DNA from: a virus
DNA: 64,000 nt
Strand: one strand, 5' to 3'
IMG/VR virus record: IMGVR_UViG_3300047090_000102
Coordinates: 1-64,000 of that record
Position 1 is the first letter of the stretch. Each line of letters starts with the position of its first letter. Under the pieces are notes generated by a model. It worked only from the letters and a program-made list of their open reading frames with translations. It was not told the DNA's origin and did not search any database. Positions 27,201 through 33,200 of the stretch are shown piece after piece. The translations under genes were made by a program, and so were the position numbers.

Positions 27201-30200
27201 GATGATTCTGGTAGCAAAGCTTGTGCCGTACTTGGCGTACTCCTTGCCAGCAATACGGATGTTGGCGCGAACATTGTACTTTTCGGCTATCTTGTCGAAC
27301 CACCTGCCGGCGCCACCCGGGGCCGTGAGTGCCGCTCCGCCGTTGGCATCGTCTGCGCGTCCACCGCCCAGAATGGTGACAAGACGCCCGCCAGGAGCCA
27401 GACGCTGCAATGCGGAATCTACGTGATTGAATCCATAGACGTTGCGGTTTTTGACCGCCTGCCCTTCTGCGCCTTTTAATGCGCCAGCGGAAAACGGCGG
27501 GTTCATGATGATCACTGTCGGCTGGACAGAACTCTTGAGCAGGGAGTTGATGATCTCGCCGTCGTGGGAAGTGATGTTATCGAACCCAACGTGCTTGAGC
27601 ATCGCCTGTCTGCGCGTCGAGATCTCGTTAACGTGAACCTCGGCGCCAACCGCTTTGGCGAATATTGCCAGACCACCGTTACCGCCGGATGGCTCCAGAA
27701 CCACGTCATCGGGTTTTATGCCAGCGACTTTGGCCACGGTGTAGGCCTCGGTTGGCGGAGTCGAGAACTGCTGGCCCTTCAGTTGCTCATCTGTGCGCGT
27801 GCTCTGCGTTGGCAGACGGTTCATGAGGTTCTCGCGCAACATCGCCAGACCTTCGATCGCTGGCATGCCCATCAGGTTTTCGCCGGCGTCGAGCAGGTAT
27901 TTGTTGACACCTGCCTCCATGGCGTCGGTCGCGTCTTTGGGTGTCCACTCGCCCGAAACCCGCGAGGATCCAAAGTGCTCGGCAGCCAAGCGCTCGAACT
28001 GCGGCATATTTCCGAGGGATTCTCCAGTTATGAGCTTCTTATAGACTGCGTCTGCCAGTTTAGCGGCAGGGGTTGCCTCTGGCTCTTTATCGACCGGAGT
28101 GACTTCGCTCTTGAGTGCCCAGCCCTCTATCCGCTCATGAGTTTTGGGGTCTTGTAGGCGAACCCTGTTTCCCTGCTCGAAACCTACTTCGTACTGCTTT
28201 CCGCGATATTCTACCAGATCACCAATTCTGTAAGTTAGCGGGCCGGGAGGTTGAGGCTCATATCCTGGCAATGGCTGCGCGGCGTATCCCTTCCGGCGAA
28301 TCTGTTCATCCCTGATTTTTTGCAGTTGTTTATTCAACGCTGGAGTTGCGCCGCCGTATGTTCCGCCTGTAGTCTTGTTTGCCTCTAGTGCCTTTTCGAG
28401 TTGGGTTACGCGCTCGGCCAGTGTCTGATCTGAAGCCTCACGTATTTCTGCTGGCTCTGATACACGAGTTTGAGGGCGCGCTTCGTAGCTTCCTTCTTCT
28501 GTTGGAACAACGTCGGCTTTCTTGATTGTAAATTTCGGCTCTGCCTTAGTCGCCTGCTTGAGTTCGTGTACTTCCGGCGCCGTCAGTGGCTTTGCTTCCG
28601 CCTCACGGTTTGGCGCTTCATCGGATGGGTGGACTTCCCACTGATCAACACCAGACCACCGGGACCACAAGTCCTGACCCCATGCTTTGGCCGCTTCTTC
28701 TGTGGGGAAGCGTAGAGCGTTGTAGGCCCAGTTGGCATCGCCTTTGCCTTTGACGCCGACCTTGAAGCTCTGCTGTGGGCCCGGTGGCGTGGCGGTCTCA
28801 GCGGCCTTGTTGAGCCAATATCCTGGTCCGGTGTTGGCGGCAATATTCTCGCCGAAATCTTGGAAGGTAAGGGGTTCGTGGTCTGGCTTATCGAGATATT
28901 CCGAGTAAGCCTTTTTCATCTCATCGAGAGTCGGTATTCTTCCACCCTGGTTTTTGCCGCGCTTTTCGAATGTTGGCTGGAGTACGTGCTTCAGTTGCTC
29001 CTGGTACCACTTATCGTCATATCCACTTCCGATACCACTAAGCCATTGGCTTCCTTCCGAACTAGTCTCTTTCTTATTGGCCTGCGACCTATCATCCATC
29101 CATTTGTTGGTAGCGTCGGTCTCGATCTGGAAACTGTTTATTTTACGTTGAGCATCCGCGATCGCCTTTTCGCGACTTTCGTTCATCCTTGAAATTGAAT
29201 AGCCGTCCTGGTCGTTTACCTGCCAGAGCTTTCCACTCTTGCCGGCTGAATACTCAGTGACAGTCCAGCCTTTCGGTAAATCGGGCGCTTCATCCGCGCG
29301 GAACTTAGCGATCTCCTGCTTGTCTGGCATGGTCGCGTGGTTACGCACACGCTCGCCTTTGATCCGGTTGCCGTCCTTGTCGACGGCTGCTACGTCTACA
29401 TTCCATCCGTTCTTTGGCCAATTGGCTCCAGGTTCAGGTGGATGGAACGCAATGACTTCGTCCCTCTGGCCGCCGTATCCATTGACGATACGGCCGGGCT
29501 TGAAGAACCGCGGCAGCTCTTCATCACTCAAATAGTTTGGACTGGTCTTCGCTGGCGGCGTCTTTTTGGCTGGGGCGGCCGCGGGAGTGGCAGGTGCGCC
29601 TTCCAGGATTGCCAGCCTCTCTGCCTTGCCTTCTGCGGACAGGTACGGCGTGTTGCGCACGACCTGCGTCATTTTGACACGCTGCTCTGGCGTCATCTTG
29701 TCGAAGTTGACGCGCCACTGGTCAGTTATGAGATCAGACTTTACCTCGGTCGGGGCTCGCTCGCCTTTGGTGTCGATGACGAACGTGCGGCCATCGCGGC
29801 GAATTACTTTGTCTCTCGATGGATCGAAGTCTGATATCTGTTGGGCATCCAGCTTCGGTCCACCGCGGCTTTGAGGCGGAAGCTTCAGCAGTTTGGCGTC
29901 CCTCTTGGCCTCTATCTCCGCGAGCCTCTTCTTGAGATCTTCGTACTCGCGGCTGCCTGGGCCGGGCTGACTAGGCTTTGTAGTTGCCGCCGCTTGAGGT
30001 TCAGGTGCTTTCTCTTCCTCCTGTGCCTTCCACTCTTTCACGTCTTCCCGGTGTCCGATCTTCTGCATAAACATGGAATCGCCGAGATACCCGGGCGTGG
30101 CGCTCAGATCGTTTTCATCGACACCATATAACTCGAGTCCGTCCTGGCCGCCACCTACGATCTGGTTGACAACAAACCGTTGCCGCTTATCCCCGTATCC

Positions 30201-33200
30201 AGTATTGATCGTTTCGAGCACATCGCCGACGCCGACATCCATCGCTTTGAGTTTTCCGTTCTTGTCCCACTCTGCTTGGAGTTCAGCTTTACGCTCACTG
30301 GCCTCTTTCTCCGCGTCGTCTGCACGCTGCTTTTCCGCTGCCTTCTTGGCCTCCTCGCGCCGCTTGATCTCCGGATCGTTCTTCACGGTCCAGTTCTGAT
30401 CGGCCGGGTAGGTCTTGCCAACGGATGAGGTGCTTCCAATCAGAGACGCGGAGCCGGTAACGCGCACACGCAGCTCGCCCTTGCGGTTCGTCTCGACTTT
30501 TCCGTTGATGTACGCGATCGATCCGCCGAAGCCTGGGACTGCCTGGTAGACCTCGTCGCCATCCTTGGATTTCATGCGGCCATCGGCCCATGTGTCAGTA
30601 GCAGCCGCGCCAAGAAATTGCTTTATCTTGGCATCAAACTTTTGTTTGCCATTCTGCTGTAGCAGCTTAATGGTGCCATCTAGGGTCCGCTGCTCGGTGC
30701 TGTGTTGATGGATTTCAGTGAAGAGACGCGCACCGGTGGTTATCTCATAGGAAGACCATCCCTGTTTGTCGTGTTTTGCGATACTTCCGCGCGGCGGCAC
30801 GACGGCGATACGGTATTCCTCGAATCCAGGCAAGAGGTATTCGGTTCCCTTGAGGTGGAGTTTTTCGCCACCATGGAGAGGATTAGTGAACTCCACTCCA
30901 CGCTTGAGAACCAATGGCTGTGCAACCTGCGGTGGGTTATCGCGCTTGAATGTTGGAACCTCCGGAGACTTGGCAGAAGGGGCCGGTTTAGCGATTGCGC
31001 CTGTAGCCCTATCAACAATTTCCCCGATTTCCTGCCTGATTTGGTGCAGTAATACCGCTTCATGTCCGGGGATTTTCTTTCGTCCAGCAATCAAATCACG
31101 TTCGGCGGCGCGCAGAGCTTCGAGTTTTACGCCCTCTTCCGAGTCTGCTGGTATGCGGGCCGGGCTACGCTTCTCCTGCGCTTTTTGGGCGGCGCGAACA
31201 GGCTCGGCTGCTCCAACTCCCTGGCCAGTTGAACCTGATCCCTGACCTTGGCCGGGAGTCTCTGGAGTACGAGTTTGAGCTTGTCCTGCATCTGTGGATA
31301 AACCTGTTGAAATTGTACCACCAAGCGGTATCGTCTCCTGGCTCCCGTCCTTCTTTGATACGACGATATGGTCTACTGGGACATTTTGGCCTTCAAGTTG
31401 CCTTCCGCCTTTGTATTGTGCGGCGACCTCTGGCTTTACGTATCCAATCGTCAAATGCGGGCGATAGGAGTCGAACGTGTCTTTGTGGAAGCTACCTGCG
31501 CCTTCTACAGCCTTACGCAGCGCCAGCAACTCAGGAGTGCTCTCCAGTGGCGCAATAACCGGTACAGCGCCGTCAGAGTGCTCGCTGGCAGGGAATGTAT
31601 CGGTCGGCCCAATAGGGACCTCGAACGGGGCGATCTTTGACGCCGCTTCTTTGATCTTCTCGACCGCTGCCGGACTGTCATCCTTCAGGCCATACCGCAG
31701 GGTCAAATGGGGGTGATCCTCCCGGCCCTTTGGATTCCCGCCGAAGTCAGTCGGCATCAGGTGCTCGTCTGGGATGGACGCCGCGGCTGCCGCGTGAGCC
31801 TGACCGAGTGCGCTCTCTGGCGCGATATTGATCTGAGTCGAGCCTTTCTTGAACTCCTGCTCTTCTGTCCCGGTACGCTCGCGGAACTGCTGGACCGCTG
31901 CTTCGTGGAATCGTGCTGCCTCATCCCAGTACTTCTTGCGCTCTGCTGACCCTTCAGGAAACTCCCGGCCCGAGGTGTACAGCCGGTGTGTTTGGTCTGT
32001 GATTGCCTGTATCTCAGGGATTACGATCTGGATTTCAGCACTCAAGCCTGATGGCATCTGAGCCTGAACATTAGCACTTGCGTATCCTGCCTTGTTTTCA
32101 CGCGGTTGCAGGAAGTTGTCTTCGACTCCAAGGACGTTGTACCGCTGCTTCAGCGCGGCGATGATCTGGTCTTTGGCTTCGACCGTGTCCGCTACGATCT
32201 GGCTGGCCAAGTAGTCGCCAATGGTGTTCGGCGGCTTGTCGTCTTCTGTCTTCTCGCCCAGGCGTTCCAAGTTCTTTTGCGGTCTGAGTCGGCCGCCGTG
32301 GGCTTCGTCAAAGTGGGCTCCTTGGACGCTCGCCGCGATCTCAGAGAGCCCGGCTGCCAGTTCTGGCGCCGCTTCTGCCGCGAGCCGTTCGTTCTCAATC
32401 TCGCTACCTGACGGCTGGACTATCTGACGGCCGGCTTCGTGGTCGTAGTCTCCAACCTTGGCTACGGCTACTTCTGAAGGCTCCTTGGCTGGCTGCGCGA
32501 GTTTCGCGGCATCGGCTGGAGATTCGTCTTTTACTTCTACCCGGGGAACCTGGCCCGGTGCAAGTTGGGCCTCCTGGTGTACCTTCTGTACCGCCGGTGA
32601 ATCGGTGGTCATTGCTCGTCCCATAGCAGGGACATCGCCAGCGTTCGGTAACTGTGGTGCTCCAGTCTGACCTTTGGTGCGTTCTGCCTTTATCCGGGTA
32701 GCTTCGGCTGAGATAGCGGGCGAGTAGTCGGCGTTCGCCGGTAGTCCCAGGTTCTTCTTGGCCTGCATCCAGTCGTCGGTTTCGTTCTGCGCCACGGTGG
32801 CGGATGTTGCTGCGGTCTCTGGTTTGGCGGGTGGTTCGCCTATCCATGTAGGCGGACGTGAGGGATTGGCCGCGTCTCTCTTGATGAGTCCATCCTGTTC
32901 CATTCTATCAATGAGGTGTGTGGCCTCTGCGTAACCAATATTGAGGCGGCGCTGCAAGAGAGATGTTGATGCCTTGCCGAATTCAGCCGAAGCCTGCTTT
33001 GCCTGTTCGTATTTGTCGCTCACTGCCGGTGATTCCGGCGTAGGTGTCGATGGTTTCGGCTTGCCGCGGTCAATCACCCGCTGTACAGCCGCTGCAGGCT
33101 TTGTTGCAGGCGTTGCAGGTTTATCTGCCGCTTTGGCCGCTGCCTCCTGCGCCTTGTTGTGCCCCTGGACGGCGTCATTTATCAACGTCTGCGCGAGCTT

